The position numbers were made by a program, and so were the translations under genes. The notes below the pieces were generated by a model that was not told the DNA's origin, did not search any database, and saw only the letters and a list, made by a program, of their open reading frames with translations. This document shows positions 46,955-56,950 of a stretch of DNA of 64,000 nt, piece by piece (position 1 is the first letter of the stretch; every line of letters starts with the position of its first letter). This DNA comes from Candidatus Nomurabacteria bacterium. Its GTDB lineage: Bacteria > Patescibacteriota > Minisyncoccia > Phycocordibacterales > UBA10002. The DNA is taken from NCBI GenBank assembly GCA_943354745.1, contig CALRDB010000001.1, positions 203 through 64,202 of the forward strand, given 5' to 3'.

Positions 46955-48139
46955 ATGGTCGTTAAATTAGATAAACAACTTGGTGTACAACCGAAGGAGG
47001 TAACTTTTTGTACTCGGTGTGTTGTATCAAACCAGAGACCCCGCACTGTGTTTGATGCCGAGGGAGTTTGTAGTGCATGCAGATATGTGGAGCAAAAACG
47101 TAGCCATATTGATTGGGAGAAACGGGAGCGGGAACTTCAGGCACTTTGTGACAAACATCGCTCAACAAATGGAGATTTCGACGTGATTGTGCCGTCGAGC
47201 GGCGGGAAGGATAGTGGATACACGGCCCATCTCCTTAAGGAGAAATATGGTATGCACCCGCTCTGTGTTACGTGGGCACCGTTTATCTACACCGATATCG
47301 GCTGGAAGAATTTTCAGGATTTCGTGAAATCTGGATTTACGGTAATAAATTGCTTTCCAAACGGTGTCGTGCATCGAAAACTCGCGCGTGTCGCCTTTGA
47401 ACAAAAAGGAGACGCGTGGGATCCGTTTACTTTCGGGCAGAAAGCGTACGCGTTTCATGTCGCGCTTAAATGGAAAATCCCGCTCATTTTTTACGGAGAA
47501 AATGGGGAAGTGGAATATGGCGGTTCGATGCAAAATGCCACTAAACCGTTTGAATCAGTTTCGGATTGGGAAGCACTCTACTTCAAAGGTTCCGGAATCG
47601 ATACACTGCTCAAAACCGGGGTTGACATGAACATTTTGTCAAAGGATGAAGCTAACGATCCTGTACTTAATCTGTACCGCCCTCCCGCGCTCCGCGATAT
47701 CGAACAGCTTGGAGCCGAAATGCATTGGCTTTCGTATTACCGAAACTGGATACCGCAAGAGAATTTCTATTACGCGCAGAAACACACCGGTTTTACGGTG
47801 AATGAGGACGGCCGTTCAGAGGGTACCTATTCAAAGTACGCTAGCTTGGACGACAAAACGGACGGATTCCATTTTTATCTCGGTTTTATAAAATTCGGCC
47901 TGGGACGAGCAACAAGAGACGCTATGATGGAAATTCGTTCGGGGCATATCACAAGAGAGGAAGGGGTCGCGCTCGTGCGTCGTTTCGACGGCGAGTTTCC
48001 CAAGAAATATCTTAAGGATTTTTTGGAGTACCTCGGTATTACCGAGAAACATTTCTGGGAAGTTGTGGACTCGTACCGTCCTCCTCATCTATGGGAAAAG
48101 ATCAATGGCGAATGGAAGCTTAAATATCAAGTAACATAA
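46955..48139 (+). CDS. N-acetyl sugar amidotransferase (WbuX/PseA-like)
   Basis: CTRC...RP...CSAC, SGGKDS PP-loop, YGEN, KFGLGRA...IRSGHITREEG. Confidence 0.9.
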   Translation: MVVKLDKQLGVQPKEVTFCTRCVVSNQRPRTVFDAEGVCSACRYVEQKRSHIDWEKRERELQALCDKHRSTNGDFDVIVPSSGGKDSGYTAHLLKEKYGMHPLCVTWAPFIYTDIGWKNFQDFVKSGFTVINCFPNGVVHRKLARVAFEQKGDAWDPFTFGQKAYAFHVALKWKIPLIFYGENGEVEYGGSMQNATKPFESVSDWEALYFKGSGIDTLLKTGVDMNILSKDEANDPVLNLYRPPALRDIEQLGAEMHWLSYYRNWIPQENFYYAQKHTGFTVNEDGRSEGTYSKYASLDDKTDGFHFYLGFIKFGLGRATRDAMMEIRSGHITREEGVALVRRFDGEFPKKYLKDFLEYLGITEKHFWEVVDSYRPPHLWEKINGEWKLKYQVT

Positions 48140-48142
48140 TAT

Positions 48143-48856
48143 ATGAACGTCCTTGCGTATATTCCAGCCCGTGGCGGGTCCAAACGAATCCCGAATAAAA
48201 ACATTCGAGATTTTTGCGGCAAGCCACTTATCGCCTACGCTATCGAGCAAGGCAAGGCGCACCCGCGCGTCGACCGCGTGATAGTCGATACGGACGATGA
48301 GGAAATCGCCACTGTCGCAAAAAAATATCAAGCCGACGTCCCGTTTTTGCGTCCCAAAGAACTTGCCACCGATACCGCACAGGCGTCCGACGCGCTTCTG
48401 TATCTTTTGGAACGGCTGAAAAAGGATGAAGGATATGAGCCGACGCATATTCTGCTCTTGCAAACCACCTCGCCCCTTCGTGAAATGCGCGATATCGACG
48501 CCTGCTTCGAAATGATGGATAAAACGAATGCCGCGACGGTGCTTACGGTCGCCTCAACCCACCCCCGCATCTATTTCCTTGATTCCGAAAACCGCCTTAT
48601 TCTCGCCAATAAAGAGATACACGATTCAAGCAACATGCAGGCGTGGCCGAAAGGGTATCTCCTCAACGGCTGTTTTGTGTATATCATTACGGTTTCGGCG
48701 TTCCTACAAAATAAGAAAATCCTTGCGGACGATACCCGCGGAGTCGTTTGCGATAGGTGGCGCTCGGTGGACCTCGACGAACCGGAAGACTTTGTACTCG
48801 CAGAACTTTTGTATAAGCACAAGAAAGAAATAGAAGCTAACATAAAAAAAATATGA
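48143..48856 (+). CDS. neuA: Acylneuraminate (nonulosonate) cytidylyltransferase
   Basis: IPARGGSKRIPNKN, RPKELATD, LQTTSPLR, SVDLD. Confidence 0.9.
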   Translation: MNVLAYIPARGGSKRIPNKNIRDFCGKPLIAYAIEQGKAHPRVDRVIVDTDDEEIATVAKKYQADVPFLRPKELATDTAQASDALLYLLERLKKDEGYEPTHILLLQTTSPLREMRDIDACFEMMDKTNAATVLTVASTHPRIYFLDSENRLILANKEIHDSSNMQAWPKGYLLNGCFVYIITVSAFLQNKKILADDTRGVVCDRWRSVDLDEPEDFVLAELLYKHKKEIEANIKKI

Positions 48857-49824
48857 GGTTTTTTGTCGTCGGCTTAGGCTCGATGGGGAAACGGCGTGTC
48901 CGCAACCTTCAGGCAAACGGTGAAAAAGATATCACCGGTTTTGATATTCGTCCCGACCGTATCGCGGAAGCGAAAGAAAAGTACGGCATCAAAACGGTAG
49001 ACGCACTCGCGGACATGCCTCCGAGTGATTTTGATGCATTGATTATTTCCGTGTCTCCCGATGTGCACGGAGACTACATCCGGTATGCGCTGAAACACAA
49101 AAAACACTTCTTTGTGGAGCACCCGACCAGTGACGATGGCTACAAGGAAGTCATCGCGGACAGGAGCGCCATCGTAAAGGCGCCATCGTGCACGTTCCTA
49201 TTCAACCCCGCTATAAAAATAATGAAGCAGATTCTAGAGAAGGGAACGATAGGAAAAGTGCTCGCGTTTCAATATCATATGGGACAGTATCTTCCCGATT
49301 GGCATCCGTGGGAAGATTACCGCGACGTCTATTTTTCTAAAAAAGAAACAAGCGCGTGTCGTGAAATGTTTTGTTTCGAACTTATCTGGCTCAATTCGCT
49401 TATTGGCGCGCAGGTGAAGGAGGTACGTGGCACCATCACGAAACTGACTGACCTCGACATGGATGCCGATGACACCGTCACGGCGACCCTTCTCTACGAG
49501 AACAACGTGCATGGCACTCTACTCATCGATGTCATATCACGAAAACCTTTTCGCACGCTCCGCACCCTCGGTTCCGAAGGGGTGCTTGAGTGGGAGAGGT
49601 TTGACTACGCGCTTAAAGTTTTTAACGTGGGCACCAAAAAAACCGAGGTTATTCCCATTCCCAAAGGCAATCCCGAAAAAGGCTATGTGAACGAAGAGGA
49701 GATGTATGTCGATGAGATTAAGGCATTTTTGGACGCAATCAAAGAGCGGAGGATATACCCATATTCATTCGAGGAAAACCTAAGAAAACTGGTACTGCTT
49801 GAAAACCTCAAAAAGCAGTCCTAG
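48853..49824 (+). CDS. Gfo/Idh/MocA family oxidoreductase
   Basis: GLGSMGKRR, FFVEHP, GQYLPDWHPWEDYR. Confidence 0.85.
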   Translation: MRFFVVGLGSMGKRRVRNLQANGEKDITGFDIRPDRIAEAKEKYGIKTVDALADMPPSDFDALIISVSPDVHGDYIRYALKHKKHFFVEHPTSDDGYKEVIADRSAIVKAPSCTFLFNPAIKIMKQILEKGTIGKVLAFQYHMGQYLPDWHPWEDYRDVYFSKKETSACREMFCFELIWLNSLIGAQVKEVRGTITKLTDLDMDADDTVTATLLYENNVHGTLLIDVISRKPFRTLRTLGSEGVLEWERFDYALKVFNVGTKKTEVIPIPKGNPEKGYVNEEEMYVDEIKAFLDAIKERRIYPYSFEENLRKLVLLENLKKQS

Positions 49825-49860
49825 AACTAAGAGTGCCTCTTTCGGGTTATCAAAGGTATC

Positions 49861-50928
49861 ATGAAAAGAAATATCCTTAGCATTGGTAATAAAATTGTCG
49901 GAACAGGACACCCTGTGTTTATTATTGCCGAGGCTGGGGTGAACCATAACGGGAAACTCTCGCTTGCAAAAAAACTTATTGATGCCGCCGTAAAGGCTGG
50001 CGCTGATGCCGTAAAGTTTCAGACCTTCGACCCCGATACGCTTGTGACCAAGGGGGCTTCGAAGGCAACCTATCAGGATAAGAACGAAGAAACAGAGGGT
50101 GCAGGAGAAACCCAATACGCGATGCTGAGGCGCCTCATGCTCAAACGCGAGTATCATCCTGAACTCAAAAAATACGCGGAGCAAAAAGGCATTATGTTCC
50201 TCTCCACGCCGTTCTCGCTCTCCGACGCGGAGTTTTTGCGGGACCTCGGCATCGTGGCACTCAAAGTCGGTTCAAGTGATACGAACAATATCCCGTACCT
50301 TCGCACTATCGCGAAGTGGAAGCTCCCGATTATTCTTTCGACCGGCATGTCGGATTTACCCCTTCTTCACGAATCGATTACAGCGATACGGAAAGCGGGG
50401 AATAATGACCTTATTGTTCTGCACTGTACCACCAATTATCCTACGCCTATCCAAGAAGTGAATTTGCGAGCAATGCAAACGCTCGAACAAGAACTCAACG
50501 TTACTGTCGGATTTTCCGACCACACGGAAGGTATCGTTGCTCCGGTTCTTTCTGTCGCTCTGGGTGCGTCGATGATCGAAAAGCACCTGACGCTCGACAA
50601 GACCATGCCGGGACCAGATCATAAAGCTTCGCTTGACCCGAAAGGGTTTAAGGAAATGGTTACTGTTGTTCGCGATGCAGAGCAGGCACTGGGTACGGGG
50701 AAAAAGAATCTCTTTGCAAGTGAAATGGAAATAGCCAAAGTTGCTCGCAAGAGTTTGGTGACTTTGCGTCCGGTCAAAAAAGGTGAGAAGTTCACCGAAA
50801 AGAATCTTACTGTCAAACGTCCGGGGACTGGACTCCCTCCAAGAGATTTTGACAAGGTCATCGGTACAAGAGCAACAAAGGATATTAAGGCAGACTGCCT
50901 TCTCATTGTTCATGATTACTCCGCTTAA
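49861..50928 (+). CDS. neuB: Nonulosonic acid synthase (NeuB/LegI type)
   Basis: IIAEAGVNHNG, AVKFQTF, LSTGMS, LHCTTNYP, GFSDHT, EKHLTLD, GPDHKASL, C-terminal SAF domain. Confidence 0.94.
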   Translation: MKRNILSIGNKIVGTGHPVFIIAEAGVNHNGKLSLAKKLIDAAVKAGADAVKFQTFDPDTLVTKGASKATYQDKNEETEGAGETQYAMLRRLMLKREYHPELKKYAEQKGIMFLSTPFSLSDAEFLRDLGIVALKVGSSDTNNIPYLRTIAKWKLPIILSTGMSDLPLLHESITAIRKAGNNDLIVLHCTTNYPTPIQEVNLRAMQTLEQELNVTVGFSDHTEGIVAPVLSVALGASMIEKHLTLDKTMPGPDHKASLDPKGFKEMVTVVRDAEQALGTGKKNLFASEMEIAKVARKSLVTLRPVKKGEKFTEKNLTVKRPGTGLPPRDFDKVIGTRATKDIKADCLLIVHDYSA

Positions 50929-52066
50929 GAAAATAGCATACATTTCCGGAACCCGAGCCGACTTTGGTCTAATGACCCCGGTGCTTCAGGTCATCGAAAA
51001 AAGAGAGAAGCACTCGCTTCAGGTCTACGCAACCGGCATGCATCTTATGCCACTCTTTGGGGAAACGATACACGAAGTTAGGAAACTATTTCCGAATGTA
51101 AGGCGTATCGAAGGAGTTTTTGAAAGTGATGAACGCGCCGGTATGGCGCGATTCGCCGGCGCGTTTCTCCCTAATGTCGTGGAAGCTCTGATTACCGAAA
51201 GGCCGGATTTTGTACTGATTTTGGGTGATCGAATAGAAATGCTCGTCGTTGCCGTTGCTTGTTTGTATCTAAGTATTCCCACCGGGCATCTTCATGGCGG
51301 GGAACGGACCGCCACCGTTGATGATGTGGCGCGTCACGCTATTTCAAAACTAGTCTCTTTGCATTTGACGACCACGGAGGATTCCGCAAAACGCCTGCGG
51401 AACATGGGGGAGGAAGAGTGGCGCATTCACATTGTCGGAGCTCCCGCCTTAGATACGATACGTCTTGCGACGCTTCCCACACGGAAAGAATTATGTGAAA
51501 GATTAAAACTTGATTCATCTAAACCTTTTATTTTACTTGTGCAGCATGCAGTAAGCGACGAGACGAAAAAAGTGGGGGAGCAGATACTGGAAACACTCGC
51601 CGCGGTAAAGTCGTTTTCACTACCGGTTGTCGCGATATATCCAAATGCCGATTCCGGTGGCATGCGAATTATCGCTGAAATCGAGAAGGAGAGAGGGAAT
51701 CCGCTCTTTTCCATTTTTCCGAACATATCACATACCGATTTCCTCGCGCTTGAACGCGAGGCGGCAGTTTGGGTCGGAAATTCAAGTGGGGCACTTATCG
51801 AATCATCTTCTTTCGGAACTCCCGTCGTTAACGTGGGAACACGGCAGAAGGGAAGAGTCCGTGGAGAAAACGTCATTGATGCCGGCTACAATAAAATAGA
51901 AATACAAAACGCTATCCAGAAATCTCTACATGACGAGAACTATAGACGGTATCTCAAGACTATTTCGAATCCCTGGGGCGACGGGCATACCGGTGAAAAG
52001 GTGGCCAACATACTTGGGAATCTTGAAGAACCGGCAAAGCTTTTATCGAAACAAATAGCGTATTGA
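50912..52066 (+). CDS. neuC: Hydrolysing NDP-N-acetylhexosamine 2-epimerase (NeuC/LegG type)
   Basis: GTRADFG, TGMHL, LGDRIE, HLHGGE, YPNADSG, GNSSG, NVGTRQ. Confidence 0.92.
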   Translation: MITPLKKIAYISGTRADFGLMTPVLQVIEKREKHSLQVYATGMHLMPLFGETIHEVRKLFPNVRRIEGVFESDERAGMARFAGAFLPNVVEALITERPDFVLILGDRIEMLVVAVACLYLSIPTGHLHGGERTATVDDVARHAISKLVSLHLTTTEDSAKRLRNMGEEEWRIHIVGAPALDTIRLATLPTRKELCERLKLDSSKPFILLVQHAVSDETKKVGEQILETLAAVKSFSLPVVAIYPNADSGGMRIIAEIEKERGNPLFSIFPNISHTDFLALEREAAVWVGNSSGALIESSSFGTPVVNVGTRQKGRVRGENVIDAGYNKIEIQNAIQKSLHDENYRRYLKTISNPWGDGHTGEKVANILGNLEEPAKLLSKQIAY

Positions 52067-52069
52067 TAC

Positions 52070-52078
52070 TGTTATAGT
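52070..52078 (+). promoter_or_regulatory. Extended -10 promoter for a probable leaderless transcript
   Basis: TGtTATAGT ending 7 nt before the ATG at 52086. Confidence 0.5.
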
Positions 52079-52085
52079 AAGCACA

Positions 52086-52901
52086 ATGAACGGTGGTGAA
52101 CAAAAGAAAATACGGCGGGCAATCTTGCTCGGAAGGAAAGAAGGAGCAGCGGACGCTCTCTCTTTTTTGCTTGAGCAAGGTGTTACTGTTCCTTTAGTTG
52201 TTGCACAGAAAGATGAGCTAGTGGGACGTTCTCTCGCTAAAGAAGCCCAACGGAGACACATTCCGGTTTTCGGAAATACTCACGACGTCTACGCGCTCTT
52301 AGAAAAAAACGATCCGCTGGTGCAAGACATTGATCTCGTCATCTCTTTTCTATTTTGGCAGAAGATACGGGAGCCCGTCATTAAACTCGGGAAACAGGGG
52401 TGTATTAATTTCCACCCCGCCCCGCTACCTGACTATAAAGGAAGAGCAGGGTATAATACGGCGGTTCTTGATTGTCGGAAAACATTCGGAGTGAGTGCTC
52501 ACTTCATTGATGCCGAAGAATTTGATACTGGTCCGATTATCGAGGTCTTGACATTCCCGCTCGACACTAACTTAGCAACGGCGCTTTCGCTGGAACGGGA
52601 ATCGCAAAAACATCTTCTCTCACTTTTCAAGAAGGTACTAAATCGCTTCATAATGGGTTTGACAATACTGACCACACCTAACATCGGTGGATTGTATCTC
52701 AACAGCGTTGAGCTTGAAGCACTGAAACAAATTGATCCAGAGAATGATTCTGCGGAAGAAGTCGAAAGAAAAATACGGGCGTTCTTCTTCCCTCCGCATC
52801 ACGGAGCGAAGATTACAATTCAAGGGAAGTCCTTCACTCTAATTGATGAGAAAATATTGAAATGGTTAGCGGACATACTTGCGAAGCGTACTGATGTATA
52901 A
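52086..52901 (+). CDS. Sugar N-formyltransferase (formyl-THF dependent)
   Basis: INFHPAPLPDYKG, GVSAH, FDTGPII. Confidence 0.87.
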   Translation: MNGGEQKKIRRAILLGRKEGAADALSFLLEQGVTVPLVVAQKDELVGRSLAKEAQRRHIPVFGNTHDVYALLEKNDPLVQDIDLVISFLFWQKIREPVIKLGKQGCINFHPAPLPDYKGRAGYNTAVLDCRKTFGVSAHFIDAEEFDTGPIIEVLTFPLDTNLATALSLERESQKHLLSLFKKVLNRFIMGLTILTTPNIGGLYLNSVELEALKQIDPENDSAEEVERKIRAFFFPPHHGAKITIQGKSFTLIDEKILKWLADILAKRTDV

Positions 52902-52915
52902 AATCACTTTTTTCA

Positions 52916-54043
52916 ATGAAACAGTACCCTCTCGCAAAACCTCATATCGGTAAAAAAGAAGAACGTGCGGTACTCGAAGTACTGCGTTCGGGTGTCTTAA
53001 GTATGGGTCCAAAAGTAGAAGCTTTTGAAAAACGTTTTGCTCGTTTTGTCGGCACTAAGTATGCCGTTGCTGTTTCAAGCGGAACTGCCGGCCTTCATCT
53101 AGCCCTTATTGGCGCAAATATCGGTCATGGCGACGAAGTGATTACCACTCCCTTTTCCTTTATTGCTTCTGCAAACGCTATTTTATATGTTGGTGCAAGA
53201 CCGGTATTTGTCGACGTCGATCCCGTGACCTATAACATGGATCCGAAAAATATTGAAGCAGCCATTACTTCAAAGACAAAAGCGATACTCGTTGTGCATA
53301 TTCTTGGGCAGGCAGCTTCAATGAACGCGATATGTGCCATTGCCCGAAAACATAACTTAAAAATCGTCGAGGATGCCTGCGAAAGCATAGGCGCCACCTA
53401 TAAGGTTGGAAAAAAGCTAGAGCAGACAGTTGGGACTTTTGGAGAGTCAGCGGTCTTCGCCTTTTATCCCAATAAGCAGATGACAACAGGGGAAGGTGGT
53501 ATGATAGTGACGAACGACCAGAAGCTCGACGCTCTCTTTCGAAGTTTGCGAAATCAGGGGCGTTCGGCCGATATGAACTGGCTGGAACACCAGCGACTTG
53601 GTTACAATTATCGTCTTGATGAAATGAGTGCCGCACTCGGACTTGTACAGCTCCAAAATATAGAGACGTGTATTCGTGAACGGCAGAAAATTGCAACGTG
53701 GTATCAAGAGTTTTTGTCTCCATACTCAGCGTGTGTCACACCCCCGGCAACCGCCGCTGAAAATACGCATACCTGGTTCGTGTACACAGTTCTCCTTCCG
53801 AAAGATGTTTCGCGCGAAAAAGTGATGAAGCGGCTTGAAGCGGAAGGCATTGCCACTAAACCGTATCTCCCTTCTATACATCTTTTCAGTTTTTATCGAG
53901 AGCAATTCGGCTTTTCCCCAGGTAACTTCCCGGTCTCCGAATTAGTTAGTAATAGGGCATTGGCGTTACCGCTCTATATCGGCCTCAAGAAGACTGAGAT
54001 AGCTTTTATTGTGAAAAAATTAATCACCTGTATTTCTAAGTAA
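52916..54043 (+). CDS. DegT/DnrJ/EryC1/StrS aminotransferase
   Basis: SSGTAGLH, EDACE, FAFYPNKQMTTGEGGM, GYNYR. Confidence 0.93.
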   Translation: MKQYPLAKPHIGKKEERAVLEVLRSGVLSMGPKVEAFEKRFARFVGTKYAVAVSSGTAGLHLALIGANIGHGDEVITTPFSFIASANAILYVGARPVFVDVDPVTYNMDPKNIEAAITSKTKAILVVHILGQAASMNAICAIARKHNLKIVEDACESIGATYKVGKKLEQTVGTFGESAVFAFYPNKQMTTGEGGMIVTNDQKLDALFRSLRNQGRSADMNWLEHQRLGYNYRLDEMSAALGLVQLQNIETCIRERQKIATWYQEFLSPYSACVTPPATAAENTHTWFVYTVLLPKDVSREKVMKRLEAEGIATKPYLPSIHLFSFYREQFGFSPGNFPVSELVSNRALALPLYIGLKKTEIAFIVKKLITCISK

Positions 54044-54055
54044 TCTTTTATCTCA

Positions 54056-55102
54056 ATGGGTGCCGCATTTAAAGGTAAAAATATATTGGTAACCGGTGGT
54101 ACCGGATCAATCGGTTCGGAAATCGTCCGACAGATCTTGCCGCATAAGCCAAAAACTATCAGGGTCTTTGCTCGTCACGAAGATCGCCATTTTCAACTTA
54201 TGCAAGAGTGGGCCGGACATGAGGGTGTTATCCGCTTTATCGTGGGTGATATCAGAGACAAAGAACGGTTGGCGCTGGCCATGGAGGGTATAGATATTGT
54301 GTTCCATGCGGCTGCGCTCAAACATGTTCCGCTGTGCGAATATAATCCGTTTGAAGCCGTCAAAACAAATATTATCGGAACACAAAACGTGATTGAAACG
54401 GCTCGGAGTGCGCAGGTAAAGCAAGTCATTGGCATTTCGACCGATAAGGTAGCAGAACCGGAAAGTGTCCTCGGTGTCTCCAAGCTCATGGCAGAGAAAT
54501 TATTTTTAGCCACCTACTTTTACAAGGGCAATACGCATACAAAGTTCACCTGTGTTCGGTTTGGTAACGTGTTAGGAAGCCGCGGTAGTATTCTTTCGCT
54601 CATTAAGTCGCATGTGGTCAATGGTACGCCTGTTCCGGTAACTGATCCGGCCATGACTCGTTTCTTTATGACGATCCCCGAGGCGGTGAAATTGGTTCTT
54701 GACGCCTCGCTTCTCGGTAAGGGACAAGAAGTGTTTGTGCTTAAAATGTCTGCTGCGCGTCTCGGCGATGTGGTTAAGGCCGCTCTTTCTTACTACGCCC
54801 CTCTTGTCGGTAAAAAACCTGATGATATCCCCACCACGATTATCGGAAGACGAAAAGGAGAGAAAATGCATGAAAAGATGCTAGCGGATTATGAAATCTC
54901 AACAGCGCTCGAAACTGAGACAATGTACATCCTCACTCCTCAAGGAAATGCGTTTTCCGAATATACTACGACGTACGCGGCCTCCCCAGTGCATATTTCA
55001 AAGAAAAGTTTTTCCTCAGAATTTGCCACCAAGCTTTCTGTACAGGAATTGCGGTCTCGAATTGAAAAGGCAGACATGGATCAGGCGAAAGAATCCCATT
55101 AA
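54056..55102 (+). CDS. UDP-GlcNAc 4,6-dehydratase family protein (Polysacc_synt_2)
   Basis: TGGTGSIG, HAAALKHVP, STDK, VRFGNVLGSRGS, MTRF, GEKMHE. Confidence 0.9.
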   Translation: MGAAFKGKNILVTGGTGSIGSEIVRQILPHKPKTIRVFARHEDRHFQLMQEWAGHEGVIRFIVGDIRDKERLALAMEGIDIVFHAAALKHVPLCEYNPFEAVKTNIIGTQNVIETARSAQVKQVIGISTDKVAEPESVLGVSKLMAEKLFLATYFYKGNTHTKFTCVRFGNVLGSRGSILSLIKSHVVNGTPVPVTDPAMTRFFMTIPEAVKLVLDASLLGKGQEVFVLKMSAARLGDVVKAALSYYAPLVGKKPDDIPTTIIGRRKGEKMHEKMLADYEISTALETETMYILTPQGNAFSEYTTTYAASPVHISKKSFSSEFATKLSVQELRSRIEKADMDQAKESH

Positions 55103-55109
55103 ATCTCCT

Positions 55110-56891
55110 ATGAACATTATCCGTACACTCGCTAATACGCTCTCGCTCTTTCGTCGCGCCTTTGGGGGGTACACATGGAATATTACCCTTATGGCTGTTC
55201 TCAGTTTTGTAAGTGGCCTTCTGGAGGGGCTTGGCGTTACTGCAGTGATTCCGCTTCTTTCGTTTATCGGCGGCGGCGAAAAAGCAACTGACGCCATCTC
55301 GATCGCCATTGCGGGACTATTCCGGTATTTTAATATTTCTTACACCGCAAAATTTCTTTTGTTATTTATTATTCTTCTCTTTCTAATCAAAGCGGTATTT
55401 TCTTTTTTGTCGCAACAAATCACCGCGCACATTATGGCGGATTTTGAGAAAAAGATGCGAATCAAACTTCTCGCTTCGACGTTCGCCACACGCTGGTCGT
55501 TTCTTTCTTCTCAAAAAGTCGGCCATCTGGACCAGATGCTTACGACTGAGGTTGCTGCAAGTTCATCGATTCTCTATTACCTCAGTAGTTCGATATTGGT
55601 CATCGCAAACCTCGTGGTGTACAGCGCTTTGGTCTTCAATATATCATCCAGCGTTGCTCTCCTTGCTATTTTTTCTGGGATGGTAATTTTCCTCGTTTTT
55701 CTTCCTTTGCTCCGACGCGCCAAGATTATTTCGATCGATATGGTACGGGAGAATAAGAGACTTGCTCATTTTGCGAACGAACATATTATCGGTGCGAAGA
55801 CGATTAAGGCTATGCATCTTGAACGGGCTGCACTTGAAAAGGGTGTGATGCTACTTACGATAATGCAGAAATTATATTTGAAGACCTCTCTTCTAAAAAA
55901 TATGACAACCGCTCTCATTCAGCTTTCAGGTGTCTTTTTCATCATTGGCCTGTTTGCTTTTTTGTATAAGACTTCCGCCTTTCAGTTCGCTTCTTTTGCT
56001 GTCGTGGTCTACGCTCTGAATAAGGTAATTACCAACGTTCAATACGCTCAAAATCAAGCCCATGTCATAAGTTCGCAGACACCATACTTGCAAAGTATCT
56101 TACGATATCAAGATGATGCTTCGGATAATCTTGAGTCCGACAAGGGAACCATGCCTTTTTGTTTTGAGAAAGAAATCGTCTTTTCCAAAGTACAGTTTTC
56201 ATATCGCCCGGGGGAATCAGCTCTTTCCTCTGTGGATTTTTCAATTAAAAAGGGAGAGGCAATCGGTCTCGTTGGCCCCTCCGGATCCGGTAAGACAACC
56301 ATTGTGGATTTGTTACTTCGACTTATTAGTCCAGACAGTGGAGGTATTCTGATTGATGGTAAGAATGTGACCGATATAAGTTTGGATGAGTGGCGAAGTC
56401 ACATCGGTTACATGTCTCAGGATGTATTTTTACTTAATGACACAATCGAGAATAACATTAAATTTTACAGTTCATCAGTCACCAATCACGACATGATACA
56501 CGCCGCCAAGATGGCAAACATCTATGACTTTGTGATGACGCAGCCAGATGGATTTAAGACTGAAGTAGGAGAGCGTGGTCTCGCGCTTTCGGGCGGGCAA
56601 CGTCAGCGCATCGCGCTGGCGCGTGTTCTTGCAAGGAAGCCTGAGCTTCTCATTCTTGATGAGGCAACAAGCGCACTCGACAGCGAATCGGAAGCACTTA
56701 TTCAAGAATCCATCTCCGGTCTAAAGGGAGAACTGACGGTTGTGGCAATCGCACACCGACTCTCAACAATCATGAACTCAGATCGTTTGTTTATTTTGGA
56801 AAAGGGTCGAATACTCGAAGAGGGAACTCCTTCCGAATTGTCGGTTAATGTGGAATCCAGGTTTGCCAAACTGTACAATCGTGAGGTTTAA
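55110..56891 (+). CDS. ABC exporter (MsbA/PglK-like fused TMD-NBD), probable lipid-linked glycan flippase
   Basis: N-terminal TM helices, GPSGSGKT, LSGGQRQR, ILDEATSALD, AHRL; the ATG at 55110 is preferred. Confidence 0.9.
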   Translation: MNIIRTLANTLSLFRRAFGGYTWNITLMAVLSFVSGLLEGLGVTAVIPLLSFIGGGEKATDAISIAIAGLFRYFNISYTAKFLLLFIILLFLIKAVFSFLSQQITAHIMADFEKKMRIKLLASTFATRWSFLSSQKVGHLDQMLTTEVAASSSILYYLSSSILVIANLVVYSALVFNISSSVALLAIFSGMVIFLVFLPLLRRAKIISIDMVRENKRLAHFANEHIIGAKTIKAMHLERAALEKGVMLLTIMQKLYLKTSLLKNMTTALIQLSGVFFIIGLFAFLYKTSAFQFASFAVVVYALNKVITNVQYAQNQAHVISSQTPYLQSILRYQDDASDNLESDKGTMPFCFEKEIVFSKVQFSYRPGESALSSVDFSIKKGEAIGLVGPSGSGKTTIVDLLLRLISPDSGGILIDGKNVTDISLDEWRSHIGYMSQDVFLLNDTIENNIKFYSSSVTNHDMIHAAKMANIYDFVMTQPDGFKTEVGERGLALSGGQRQRIALARVLARKPELLILDEATSALDSESEALIQESISGLKGELTVVAIAHRLSTIMNSDRLFILEKGRILEEGTPSELSVNVESRFAKLYNREV

Positions 56892-56950
56892 TGTCTCAGG
56901 CTTTTTTACAACAGCCACCTCTCAATAAGAATATATGAAGTAATATACAT

